The position numbers and the translations under genes are program-made. The notes beneath the pieces are model-generated. The model saw only the letters and a list, made by a program, of their open reading frames with translations, did not search any database and was not told the DNA's origin. A stretch of DNA of 64,000 nucleotides. Source: Eutreptiella sp. 'Long Island Sound 2002' (lineage: Eukaryota > Protista > Euglenida). The stretch spans positions 13,144,001 to 13,208,000 of the forward strand of contig OZ038378.1 in assembly GCA_964036045.1 (NCBI GenBank), read 5' to 3'. Shown here one piece after another: positions 46,571-59,583 of this stretch; within the stretch, counting starts at the first letter, position 1, and the number at the start of each line of letters is the position of its first letter.

Positions 46571-49500
46571 TGAGGTATGTCGTTGTGAGTGCTCGTAAAC
46601 TCCCTGCCCAGCAGACAGGAACGTACCCCGCCCCCTCGTGCACTAGCACGGCCTTCTCTAAGCAACACCGTTTGGCCGTTGTTTCTCTTTACCGCCCTTT
46701 TGAGGTCAAGAGTGCAAGATGACAGACATGTTTGTGAGCCCGTCGTAGGGGTTCACAGGCTGGGTCATGCTTGTGACGAGACATGGCTGCTCAAAGCAAC
46801 GGTTGGTTGACAGTACAACCCACTTCCATTTGTTTGGATGTCGTTTTCAGTGAATGTTGTTGTGGTGAGTCCCAAAGCCCCCCAAGAACTGCCTGCCTGT
46901 GGGTCGTCCAGAGGCACGGCCTTGTCGAATAAGCATAGGATCTTGGTACGACCTCTGTTTTCCCTGCCGAATGGGGATGGGGATGGGGATGGGGGGGAGG
47001 GTCACAGGGTTGTTGCAGTATTTCCTATGCTATTGCCTTCGGCTAATGTCACAGTGCAGGACTGTGGAGAGTTTGAACACCGCTTTTATTGGTTATTCAC
47101 AAGGCTACGCAAAGGGGCCAAACACCAATCCCCTCTAAGTTAGGGCAGTCAGCCACTAAGGCGTGTGAATCCATTTACCTCCTGGGCCGCAGTGTGTTCC
47201 AAGGGACGTTTTGTTCTGTCAAAGAGCTGCTCGAAAAATTGAAGGCGCATGAGGGGAGTCATAATGGGACTGGGGGCCATCGACATCGCCCGCGGTGCTC
47301 CCAGAGGCCCTTTCCAACAAAGGCGCGAAAAGGAGTGCGAAGCACAGGGAAAACGGGAGTAGTTGTCCTTGAGATGTGCGCATGCGCGGGGTTCCCATGG
47401 GCAGGTACCCTGTCATCACCCCAAGAAACGTCATCTTTCGGCACCAGGCATTCTGATCACCACTATCAGGACAAGAACATGTGGCCGTCATCATCAATCA
47501 TCATGATCAGGATCATGGGGAAGCATAGTCAACCATCATAGTCAACCATCATGATCATCATAAACCACAATGATACCCATGCCATGGGCTCCAGATACCA
47601 GGTCCAAGGTGATCTGCCCCTATAATCTGCAGCAGATCAGGTTCACTCCATTGCATTGTAAACACACCGTGAAATATGTCAAATATGAGATTCAGGTGTA
47701 TTGATCACCATCATTTTCATCTTTTTCTCCGAATCGTGTACATCTGGGTATTGTTCAGCTGAGGGTACCTTTCCTGTGGGTTGAAGAGCGTCAGGTATGC
47801 TTGATCTGTACCCCAGGCTCAACCGGGATGGTCATCCCTCGTTCCTTCTCCCCCACAAGATGCCCGTCTGTGTATCTTCTCTGTGTGGAGCACTGTATTT
47901 TCTCTGCACAATCTGGGCTGCTCCGCACGTATCCAGCATCTCGATAAATATATGCCAACCTCCTCACGTGAACCCCCCTACCCCATTCACCGCTTACCCC
48001 CCCCTCCCCCGCCCCACAATATGGGGATCAGGGAGGGAATGAATGGGGCCATTTTCTGTGGGGAGCGGTGTTGATAGGAGAAGTGGGCACTGAACAAGGA
48101 AGGGGCACGGGGAGAGTGACCCAGTCTACCTCCTCTCACTTCTCACACCACCCATCTGCCCCGCTAAATCATCAGGAACCTCTGCGAAAAACCATGACAC
48201 ATTCTGCCGGATCCGTCACAGCACTGCACATGCGTCCGTAACCCGCTGGCGGCCGCGCTCGGCCTGTGAGCATTGTGGGGGCGGCGCTGTATTGTGCCGC
48301 ACGAGCAGAGGACGGGACGACGGCATTGTATTGTGCCGAGGCTATCCTTTGCATCGCAGCTGTTGACCACATCAAGTGCACAGAAGGCAGAAGGATACGA
48401 CCAAGGTCGCCACAAACAGCATGCCCAGTCATTCCATGCAGATACCAACGATTTTCGTGGCCACACGCCCCTCCCCTTCGCTTTCAGCCGTGCTTCCACA
48501 TCCAGTGGCTGCTGCATGCCCTTGCCAACACTTGCAAGCGCAGCAGTCTGCCATGCGGGAGCCTGGCTATGTACGTCTAATTGCTGAACATTGCTGTGCA
48601 CCTCAGGGCTGGCCGCTGCCGTACGCTCACCAGAACCCCCAGCTCAAGCAGCTGCTACAAGTGTTCCCGCTGCTGATTGTCACCTCCGGGTGGCGCCTTC
48701 AGCTGCACTCTCAGGCATATCAAGGGGACGGTCTTACGTGGCAGCAGATGTCCAAGTATGACTTGCGATTTCGGAATACAGGACTGAGGCATACCGCACA
48801 GGGGTTGCCACCATTTTGAGGTGACTGCAGGCATTTATGGATGATGGGCAGAACGCATCAGCTGATGGTGGCGCCAGACACAGTGCTGAGAGGTTGCTTG
48901 CGGGCACACCTCCTGCCCCGCATTGATGCTAGCAGTTGCGTTGTTCATGCGCAGTTGCTGGTGATTTTGCACTGTGCATGTCAGAAAAACGTTCACTCAT
49001 TCTCCCTACCTAGCCCAGCATGCGTCCTCGATAAAAGTGCAAAAACAAAAAACTCGACACAAAACATGGATTCTCCAACCCTAACAAAGAATTTGAGGGA
49101 TATGGGGTGGGCATAGCAGTTGAGGCATTGGGAGGATGTATGATCATATGATTGCTGTGTATACATGGCTGGTGTATACAGACTCTTCCCATACACACTC
49201 TGCCTACCACACCCGTCCGACGACGTGCAAGGGCCGTCCCAGGGGCCCAAGACCGCCTAGGGACAGAAGGGAAGAAGCTCAAGGTGGCCAGCCAATGGTG
49301 AGGTGTGATGCGCCGTAAGGTTTGAGGGTCAGGGCTAACACTTGAGCCTGGCCCTGAAAGTTAGGCCCGCAAGGCGTGCAGCGCCGGAAAGAATAAGGGC
49401 CGTGGCCAACAGTTGCACCCCACCACCCCAGCCGACCCCCTTTACTGATTGGGCGATGCATTTGCACACATTATTGAAGGGAACAGAGTCAGGGATGTGA

Positions 49501-51953
49501 GCCGCAATGGGAGGTAAAGTATTAGGGTTGGGGCCACAGTTAGGCCTGTAAGGTGCAAGTTAGGCGTGTAAGGTGCAAAAGCGCCTTCAGGAATTTGAGG
49601 CAACAGTTGAGCCCCGGTTCCCTTGCGAAAAAATATTAAAATGGTCCTCGGCTTTAATTTTTGATTTTAATTTTTCAATTCATTTTTGAAATATTAGAAA
49701 TTAAAGTTTTGTCAACATTAATATTAACCTCGCAAAAATTAACTGTTTTCTGCAAAAACTAACCCTCCCTAAAAAACCCTACAAACACATGACAAGACAA
49801 CAAATACCTTTTTCATCCATTCGGGTACCATTTCTGGCCATCATAGCCAGTTTTTGTGCTGTTCCACAGGTGGTGTCACGTGTCGGACTGTGAAGTGTTC
49901 TCACATGTCTTGGGGCCCATTTTTGGGGTCCCACAATTGCTGGGTTGGGTCACGGGTTGGGTTAGGGTTGGGGCTGTTTTTTGGTTTGGGGTTAGTCGGG
50001 GGGTTAGTCTCTTCGGCGGCTCTTTACGCATCTGGTTTCCGTTGGTAAGTGTCCCGTCTTTGGGGCAAATCGAAATTCAAATTTACACCCCTCTTTTGTG
50101 GGTTTTTTTTTTGGGTCGGTGCTCGCTTTTGTGTAGCACTCACCTGCACAACCTGTAAAGCACATACGCGTGCTTGCCTCAAAAAATGGAAAACAAGGTG
50201 TTGATTCTGTAGGGTACAAGAAACAACGCGCTGCAGCGCGTTCTTTCTACAAAGGACACTTTTTTATACCCCCTGTACCATTGTTTCTACATTGATACAT
50301 GTGTGTCACCAACCTTTACTCATTTCTGTGGCCTATATGCTCGGACCGATATACGTTCGGCATTATTATTCATGAGATTTGTCACCGTTGGTCATACTGC
50401 CCTGAAGTTACGTAACATTGATTGCCAAATAAGGACCTCTCACAAACAGCCCTGTGTGTGCGATGTGTGCCATAAAAGCCCTGATGAATACATTGCTTGT
50501 ACACACTAAACCACCCCCTTCACGGGGGCTCTCCCGCGACCCAAGCCACTCTGTAAACCACATCAGGGTACAAAACTGAGTGCAAAATTCATCCCCACAT
50601 GGGGTGTGGGCCAGGAGGTCGTTCAATCGTTGGCCCCAATCCTCATTCCTTACGGCATTCCGAGCCTTGCAGGCCTACTTATGGCACACACTGCAGTGCA
50701 GTGCAGAGCCTCTCCCCTGGTGAGGGGCTTAAGTGTTGAGGACTTTCTTTCAGATATGACCTTCTGAAACCCTTGTCCATGTAGTCTTCCCCCAACGTCC
50801 ACCTGCAAAGCAAGTGCTGTCGTTGTTCGAGACATCCGTGTCTTTGATTGCCCTTTGGTGGCCCAAGTCAGAGGATGTGACCTTGGATCTTTGTGCATCA
50901 CATTGCTTTCTTGCAGGTCCCTGGAGGATGCAGCTCTTAAGCTCACGACCTTCCCCCAGCGGCCTGTCTCCTCCGCCACGTCGCAGGGTGCGGCAAGTGC
51001 CCCTTCCCCCAGGTCAGTATCTGATGCCCCGCCGCCGGCGTACACTGCACCACCACCCCGTCCCGTTGCTCGAGCGCCGGCAGTGCCCGGCTCCGGGGCC
51101 ACTGCCCCCGAGGCTTTCTTTCCGGGTGTACAAGCTCCGTCCCCAACGGGCTCCCCAGCTGTGCCGCAGAAAAAGCACAAAACCTCTGCCTACGCCAGTT
51201 GCGCACAGTCTGCAGCACCGTTGCACCAGAAATGGACCTGCCCCCCTCCGTCCGCCCGGACGGCTACCTTCCCCGCGCATGGTGTGCTGTGTGCCCCATG
51301 CATGTCCCCTGTGCCCTGCGCCTTCTGGACTGTGCCAACGAGGGCGTGGACCCCTGAGTCACCATACGTGAGCCCCCAGCCTTTCCTGGCCTTCCGCCAA
51401 ATTTCCTTACCCCAGGCAGCGCAGGAAGGGACATCTTGTCTGTGGTCCTAGCACAAATTTATCCATGATGCATCCATGTCCAGTTCCCAGGCGACACTGC
51501 TGATGTAGAATCCGGGAACATGTCCCCGAGAGCCTACCGTCACAACCTCTGGCTGTGCACAGGCCCAAGGAAGAAACAATATCCATGATGCAGGCATCCA
51601 TTACAGATGCTGGGATCAGGGGGGGGGTGGAAAAAAAATTCGCGCCTGGCCGCGAAAAAAAAACTGTCGCAGTATTTTCATAGCATATGGAATTTTTTTT
51701 GCAAGGTGTAGGAGGACAAATTTCGTGTGGCAAATTAGTGAATGTGGCCGCATTGCACTTTGTCACATTGCTCACAATGAATGATTTCATCTTGTTTTCG
51801 TGTATTTGTGGATATTTTGCATTGTTTTGTGGTGTAGAGGAGAGGTTGTTTGTAAGGGGAGGGTTATTGTAGGTGAATGTATGAGCATGTCACTATTTTA
51901 CATCCCCTTACCCCCTTTTGTGCTATTGTTCCCTTTGCCTTAGACCTCATCAC

Positions 51954-54222
51954 ATGTCATCGCCTTTGCTTTCTTCCCCATTGAACCTGGCATGGGCGAA
52001 CCGTACTTCAAGTGGGTGGCATTGTATTTGTGGGGAGAGGTTATCGATTTTGGCCGGACCCGACACCCAGAATTTCGCCATCCATTGCCAAGGCAAGAAA
52101 CACCGGGCCGGTATATACACACCTCAGAAACCCCAACGCCAATTGGCCATGGCGCAGTTTTTCTCAGCAGCACCCGCACAGGCTAGCGAGGCTAACGATC
52201 CCCCTCCTCATGACAGTGACCTGGAGAATGACATTGAAACAAGTGCCATTGAGTCGCAGAGCAGCAGTCTCCCCCTAAGTCTTGTAATGAAATGCAAAGG
52301 AGCACTCCCGCTAGGTGTTCCAAATGCCAATGCGCTGCGCGGCAAGTACCCAATTATGCGCCATGCACATGAGAAGGTCCATTGGAGGTATGTGGACGGG
52401 ATGGGGGTTCAGTCAGTGGACCCGCCTTGTACCGGAGCGGCCCGCATTGGTGACTCCGGTGAACAATTGCCCTGCGTTCCATGCGCGGCAGTGCCCAGTC
52501 ACCCGACAATGTGTGTCTGGATGCGCGAGGAACGAAATGCGGATTCTAGCACGCCACATTTCAAGCTAGGATTCTTGAACCTCACAAAGCGTGCTAATGG
52601 ATATCGTGCAGACAAGCGCAATGCTGTGCAAGTGCTGCAACGGGTGTCCGACGTTTGCCAGACCTTGGTGCAAAAGTGCGATGCACATAAGGCCCTGATT
52701 CTTGCTATTGGTGCGGACAACCGGCCCTTAGCATCTCGTCGGGCAGCCCGTCTTATTGCTTCTGGACAAAGTGCAGCGGCCGTGTGTGAGGATATGTCCA
52801 AAGCAATTCAAGTCCGCTCTTATACTGACACAGACCGCGATTTGTCGTGTCTGGTTGCCATTGGCATTGGGGGCAGCCGCGCATTGTGCGCCTTGAACCG
52901 TGCCGGTTACCTCCCCTCTGCGGATGTATCCAGAGACCGCCTGCGCTTGGACCCTCCATTGGTTCCCAACTGCCCTCCAACGGTGCAGTTCATAGTTTCA
53001 CGGCTGCCAATCGCCGATCGGCCTTTGCTGTGGGACATCTTGGTGGATGAGGTGTTTTTGGAAGCCATGGTTGGTGTAGACGGTGGCTGCAACGCGTCAG
53101 GGATATGCACCACGTGCTGTCCGCGAAAGTTTTCTCTTCGCAGCGAAGCGGACATCGATGCGTTTGCCATCAAGCTGGAGTCTGACGACAATGTCCATCT
53201 TGGTGAATATGGAACCGTGATCTCCATTGCGGCGCATGATTATGACTACTATCGGGTGATTCCTTTGTGGGAGGTCTGTGTTGTTTTTGCCATGGTTGAG
53301 CACGTGAAGGGCACAGGGAATGCACGGAATCGTTGCTGATTGTTTTTCTTGCTTTGGCTGCTACTATGGTGTTGTCATTGTGCATTTGCAGATCACGACG
53401 TGCAACCGCTTCACATATGAAGATGTGCGGGACCAGCGCAAGCATTTGGTGATGACGCTGAAGGAGGTGAACATGGCCTCCCTACGGAAGCAGTTGGTGC
53501 ATAATGAGCCGCTGCTTTGTGTTGTGCCTGGTTGTGGTCGCTGGGGGTCCAGGTACAATATGCCAGCCCATTTGGAAGTGGATGACACACACAAGGACTT
53601 CGTTTTCACGGCAAAGCAAAAGGCCAAATGGGAAGTTGTAGAGGAAGAGAAAGCGGTCCTTCAATTGGGATTGACTGCTTGGCAGAAGCAGTTGAGCAAG
53701 GAGAAGAGTGCGAAGGAGAAGAAGCGAGTGCAGGAGAAGCGGCACAAATTGAAAGGGGAGGTAGCTTTACAACGCGAGATCCTCGCAAAAGCAGCAGCCC
53801 GAAAGGACAAAAAGGCATCACGCCGCAAGCAAAAAAAGGCGGCACGGCGGGCAGCAAGAGAAGGAGACCAAGTAGCAGAAGCAGTTATGGAGGTACAAGA
53901 CCAGCGGGACGCAGACTATCAACCACACAGCAGCAGCAATAGCCAAAGCGACAGCGACAGCGGTAGTAGCGGCAACAGCAGCGACAGCAGTAGTACGAGC
54001 GGCAGCAGCAGCATCAGGAGCAGTAGCAGCGGCAGCAACAGTAGCCAAAAAGCAGCGAAAAAGAAAGGCCTAGCCAAGAAGGGCAAGAAGCGAGCAACGA
54101 GCAGCAGCAGCAGCAATAGCAGCAGCGGCAGCGACAAAAAGCCGGCCAAGAGGAAACCGGCGGGGAAGCAGGGCAAGAAGCGAGCAGCAACTTCCCAAGG
54201 TGGGAAGGCCAAGAAGCGGTAG
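51954..54222 (+). CDS. Spliced P-element/THAP9-like transposase derivative, 716 aa (exons 51954-53273 and 53392-54222), apparently lacking most of the catalytic core
   Basis: A 118-bp phase-0 GT..TTGCAG intron (53274-53391) joins the 473-aa and 300-aa ORFs in frame (...VIPLWE|ITTCNRFTYEDVRDQ). Motifs: N-terminal CxC...H..H finger, GIGGSRALCALNRAGYLPS (P-like GG...LPS) and ILVDEVFLE (first catalytic D, DE motif). The C-terminal part has a CVVPGC...H finger, a K/R coiled coil and Ser tracts. Confidence 0.8.
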
Positions 54223-54542
54223 GCGGAAAGAAGCAGCCGCGCAACCCGAAACGCGAAACGTCTCGAAACGATTACCTCCGGGGAATGGGCACCCCCTGAG
54301 GTAGGGGTAGGCAGTCCACCCTTGCACCTACCCCAAACCGAAACGCGAAACGTCTCGAAACGATTACCTCCGGGGAAGAGGCACCCCACGAGGTAAGAGG
54401 GAAGGGGGAAGGGGGCAGGCCTGCCGCCAAGGACTGGGGGAAGACGGCAAGAGTGGGTGGGACAGATGGTGGACAGGTGGTGGAATCAGAGGGAAGGGCG
54501 CAGGGCAGGGGGATTGGCGGCGGGCTGGGGGGTTGGGAACCC

Positions 54543-54658
54543 GGCGCTCCGTGAGTCGGCCCTAGGAATCGGGGGCCTGTGATTGGCCACGCCTGGCCAT
54601 GGTAGCCGGGGCAGCCTCCACAGAATGTTACTGAAGTTTTGTGGAGGCGGCGGAGCAG
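54543..54658 (+). repeat. ~115-bp module shared with 60337-60450, including an 8-bp-stem hairpin (cctccaca...tgtggagg)
   Basis: gattggccac(g/a)cct(g/a)gccatggtagccggggcagcctccaca occurs in both places. Confidence 0.75.
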
Positions 54659-56449
54659 AAAAGTAGGCAAGGACACCCCTTTGCGGCCTAGAAAGTTGGG
54701 AAATTACTCATCAACCTTGGAATCACAAATTTTCAATGATGAGCCACACATCCACCTTGAAACGGCTTCGTTTAAAGAAAATTTTTGGTAAATGTGTAAG
54801 GAAAAAATTTTCGCAGGGGGTGGGGGTCCCGGGCCTTCCCCGCGAAAATAACGCTGTAGCCCAGTATTAGGAATTTTTTTTTCTACCCCCCCCCTGGCTG
54901 GGATGATCGCACGTGTGGTTTCCTCTGGTGTATGTACATACGAACCTGCCACGGACCCCTAACTCTCACCAAGACTGAGTATTGGGATCGACCTGTTGGA
55001 CAAGGTGGAAGTTGAAAAGTTCAGCATGAGTGCCACCATGGGATGTGGCCGACTAGAAGATGAGGGGGTGCGTTTGGTCCCAGGGAAGGTAGGGGGGTTT
55101 GCGAAATGCTTATTGACTCCTCTCCGGTGCATAAGGCAGGCTTCATCGTACAGCATTTTGTCTGTATGCAGCGGCGGATACGCTGGGACCCCCCATTGGC
55201 GCTGTGGGGACCCCAATACAGCAGGGGCTAGGGACCCCTTGTGATTTCTCCCCACTTTTTTGGGACCCCGATGGCATCGCCTTTTTCGTTCCTCCCAAAA
55301 ATTTGAAACATTGTATGGTAGGGAAAAGCAACCATTTTCAGCACTTTGGGGGCTTTGATACAGCAAGGACGATGTAGCCACTTTCAGTCCTCCCCATTGT
55401 GATTCAGCAGAGGTTACACAGCCATTTCGACTCCTCCCCATTTCATGGACCCTCATACAGCAGGGGGTCAAAATGGCTGTGACCACATCGCAGTCAGTAT
55501 GCATCAAAACGGCTCCATAACCCTAACCGTATCGTGGGCTTCCAATTGGGGAGGAGTCCTAATGGCCGCGCATCCCCTGCTGTATCATAGTCCCAAAAGC
55601 GCGGAGGACTGAAAACAGCTATATAACCCCTGCTGAATCAGTGACCCCCAAAGTTGGGAGGAGTAAAAACGGCCACAATACCCCCACTATGCATCCCCCC
55701 TACATATGGCATTTGTGCAAGCATTCAAGACTTGTTGGGTGATGTTTGTCCCTTCTTGGATACTTCGGTTGTTGGCAACAGTGGGCAAAGTCTTAGATCA
55801 AGGTGAAGGAAAAGAGAGCGGCAAACAAACAAAAGATGCTGAAGCATGTGCCACCATGCTATGCAAGCAACCCTACTGCTAAACAGCTCACCTGCCTTGC
55901 AATATGGTGCTTTGGCACTGCCTCAAAGGGTGCTGAATTCCATAAATGGCCCACTCCCCTAGGGGCCTCCAACTACCACATTGAGTGGTCAATGCTGCAG
56001 TACTAATGTGCTAATAATGAGAGGTCATAAGTGCGGGGAAGTTACCATGGGCATTCGGATCCATTTTCCGTGAAAAATTTCAGTCCCCCAAAACTGGCAC
56101 CAAGTGGTCTCCCGCCTTGGTATGGCTCTGATGAGGGTAAATTTCTGAAATTGGACACCATCAATGGCCATACCCACACGATAGCTATTCATGTCTACCT
56201 CATGAATTTGAATGTATAAGCGTCGTGTGCGCGCAGTGCGACTAGTTGGGCGCCTGGCTGTACTAAAAACCCATATTTGGTGATACTTTTGGCATCATTG
56301 TTGTTTGACAACAAGTTTTGATGCTTCTTCCACATTGGGGATGCAGCAATTTTTGATTTTCACCGAGTTGCACCCATTTCCACCCCCTTTTACACGCTTT
56401 TTGCTCATTTCCATCACATCCACTCCTTTCTAGGTTGATTTTTGCCCAC

Positions 56450-56735
56450 CATGGGGACGCCGAGAAGGCAAGGGTGATGTAGCCATATTGCTCTCTCCCC
56501 ACCATGATGGGGACCCTGAGAAGGCAGGGGTGATGTAGCCATACTGATCTCTTCCCACCAAGGACCCTGAGAAGGCAGGGGTGATGTAGCCATAATGATC
56601 TCTTTCCGACCCTAAGAAGGCAGGGGTTATGTATTGATTGATGTAGCCATTCCGCCCAATTTATGGCTCCCGAGAAGGCAAGGGTTAGGTAGCCACTTCT
56701 GATTTTGTCGCTGTGTGGTGACCCCGGAGAAGGTA
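56450..56735 (+). repeat. Degenerate ~45-55-bp tandem units (gagaaggcaggggtgatgtagcca); related to 3313-3375 and 61173-61350
   Basis: Five to six recognisable units. ggggttatgtagccac...ttctgattttg recurs at the other two sites. Confidence 0.8.
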
Positions 56736-56739
56736 GGGG

Positions 56740-57160
56740 CCCTTGATCGTTCGAAAGACTTTGACTGATCGACAAAAGGAGTACAACGATGTTCATGGTT
56801 TCCATAGGGCACATATTGAGCACTTGTTTGCACGCATGTGGCATTGGGCATCGTAAGGAATGTATGGAGGGGATCCGGTACTGAGTTGCATGAGTACGTG
56901 CGTGTACTCTTGCATTTGCAACAATTTTTGATTCGAAGACAACTACGGTGCCCTCCATATGGTCCATGGGAACACGTACCTGCACATGTATGGGTCGCGC
57001 CTACACAGGAGGACAATGATGCCGAGGATGTTGTGGGTGGCGATGGGGATGTGTGTTCCTTTTGTTGCACCAAGTTTGACCCTGAGAAGATGTCCATGTA
57101 TGGCAAGTGTAGCTGCAATATTGCACGGATTGCATTGGCACACACACATGTGACAATTTG
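56740..57160 (+). mobile_element. C-terminal fragment of a PIF/Harbinger-ISL2EU-like (IS5-type DDE) transposase
   Basis: From 56761: LTDRQKEYNDVHGFHRAHIEHLFARMWHW, then after a 1-nt frameshift GIVRNVWRGSGTELHEYVRVLLHLQQF. This fits the LT..Q..YN......R..IE..F..LK.W.I....R motif around the third catalytic E. Confidence 0.72.
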
Positions 57161-59043
57161 ATTGTGCTTTAAGTCTGCAACTGTGTCATGTTGTGCACAC
57201 AAGTTGCTCATCGTGGTTTTGTACTCAGTGGACAACTGAACGGAGAAAAGGATATCTGATGTTGACGGTGGATACCCGGGGTGGTGACCATCGCTGTTCA
57301 TGGCTTTCCGCATTTTGCGCAATGCCTTATGTGGGGGGAAGGTAGTTTGCAACAGTTCTTGAGCTAGGGTAGTTGGGGTTGCCTATTTTCCGGGCCGTGT
57401 GGAAGGGGCGTGCCTAGGGGCTCTTTGGGGGGGGGGGGGGGGGGAGGAGGAGCTACCGGCGATCGGCGCGGGCTCCGTGCCAGCGGATAGACGGAAAAGG
57501 GTGCCCACTCCCCGTGTCTCCACCACACGGATAGGGATGCAAGAGCACAGACTAGACTAGCCATGTCCATCCCGGGCGTAGGATGAATTGGGCCTGGTTT
57601 AGTCTCCAAACCAACGCCCCTACTGAACCGGGATACCTCGGCGATAGACCCAACCTGGGGCTGGAACCCTGGTCGAGCGGACACATAGAGGCCCCCGCCC
57701 AGCATGGCGTCTCTAGGCGACTTGTCTGATCGTCGGACGCCGGCGGTAGGTATTTGTGGACCGGAGCTAAGCGTGCAAGGCGCAGGTGGTGTACCAAAGC
57801 GGGTCCCCTCCGGACAGGTGTTCACGGGATGCCCGCCCCACCACCCGCTTGTAGATAGAGAGCAAAACGTGCTAAGCGCAGGTGGGGGGCTATTCTAAAA
57901 GTGGCGCGCATTGCAAGGATTCCCCAATGCTTCAACAGGAACGAGAAGCCATAAGAAGGTAGTGAGTGGGTGCCTGCCTCCTGGGCTAGACCCCCCTGGG
58001 GTAGGGGTAGGACAAAAGCAGTGTGTGGCCTCAAAAAGTGCCTGCCTCCTCTACGGCGTTTGCCTTATCTTGTGCCCTGTGCTTTGTGCTGTGCCTGACG
58101 TATGTCCCTCTATTTTGCAAATGGGTTTCTGACCTGTGCTCTGTATGTTGTACACCGTGTCTTGCATATGCATTGTGTCCTGTACCCTGTGCCTTGTGCT
58201 GTGCACTTTTGTCCCCTGTGCCACTGCTCCATGCCTCACGTTGGAAGGATCATGTGGTGTACATGGTTTTGCAAGTGCTGAATACAGCATTTCTCGCGGA
58301 CCGACGCCTTGGTAGATTTCAGAGACTGTGGGAACAAATTTGCAGTGATGTGGAAAGATGCAGTGGTTGCATTTTTCGGCGTTTTCCCGTGTCCACCAAC
58401 TTCACCTTTAGTGGTACATTGCAGAGAGCCTTCCCTTGTGCAGTAGGTCAGTGCGGCAGAGCCCCTTCCCCAGGCAGCAGAGATAGAAGATGTGAGCTGA
58501 GAGTGCATCTCACCAATATCCCAGAAACCAGAGTGAATTCAGCAAGGGGTTCCTTGAAAATAAGGTGATTTGGGAACTAGCCGAAGTGTCCTGGTTGCCA
58601 TCCTTTGGTGGCGACTGTGTTTCAACTGTGTTGTGGGGCCTGGATGGTGCACTCCCCTTCCCAGCCCAAGACCTGGGTCTTGGCAAAAACCCTCAGTGGA
58701 AAACAAGGTCCAACCAGTTAAATGACAGGGACATATATCTTGTGCGACCCCCCCCCCCCCCCCAACGTCTTGACTTACTTATTTGGGGCATCGTTGATTC
58801 TGCGCATCCCGTATTTAGTGAATGCCACAAAAATTTGCCATCTTCCACTGCATTTTGTGGCGTGTGTCGTGTGTGCTGTGCCCTGTGCCCTGGGTTTGCG
58901 CCTTGCGCCCAGTGCGTTGTGCCTCATGCGTTGCGCCCACCCCCCTGTGCCCTGTGTCTTGTGCCAGGTGCTGTGTAATTCGTGCTCTGTGCCCTGTGGT
59001 TTGTGTCCAGTCTCTTGTTCCCTGTAGATGTGTGCCCTGTGTA

Positions 59044-59292
59044 CCTTATACCCCCCTTGTAATCTCCCCCCCCCCCACCTTGCAATTCCCCGCCCCCCTG
59101 GGGGGAACGGTCACTTGGCCCAAAAAGCCTAGAAAATACTAGGTGCCGAAGGCGCCAAAGAAAATTTTTACAAGGCGCTGAAGCTGATTCAAACTGTGAT
59201 AGTATGGTACAGTTTTGTGGTGCAACCCCCCCCCCCCCCGTTGGGGGGGGACCGTCACGACATTGGTGGGGAGATTACAAGGGGGTGTAAGG
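59044..59292. mobile_element. 249-bp MITE with ~26-bp TIRs and TA flanks (Tc1/mariner-type signature)
   Basis: Left TA|ccttataccccccttgtaatctcccc; right ggggagattacaagggggtgtaagg|TA. TA lies at 59042-59043 and 59293-59294. Confidence 0.85.
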
Positions 59293-59583
59293 TAGATGTG
59301 CGCGCTGGCTCTGTGCCTTGGGCCCTTGCCCTTTCCCTGTGTCCTCCACCCTGTGCCGCCTGTCGCTCATGCGGAAGTGCATGTCTCAGGGGTCATGTAG
59401 TGTGGGCGGCTGATTAGCGGTCCCTTGTTTGAGTCCCCGTGGAGGCAGGTGAACCCTGCGAGCTGGAAGGGATGCAGCTGCCTGGAGCGAGGACGTAAGA
59501 ACAGTAGTACACTGGTGCCTGCAGATCGCCTCTACCTGCACCTTGTGCTGCACATCAGCTGCCCCCTGACCCTGTTCTGTGCA

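Larger units (their letters stand above)
51617..54896 (+). mobile_element. Complete P-superfamily-like DNA transposon, 3,280 bp, with TIRs and 8-bp TSD
   Basis: Left TIR CA-G9-TGG-A8-TTC starts at 51617. The right TIR reverse complement CA-G9-TAG-A9-TTC ends at 54896. Identical 8-bp flanks GCTGGGAT lie at 51609-51616 and 54897-54904. Confidence 0.92.
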
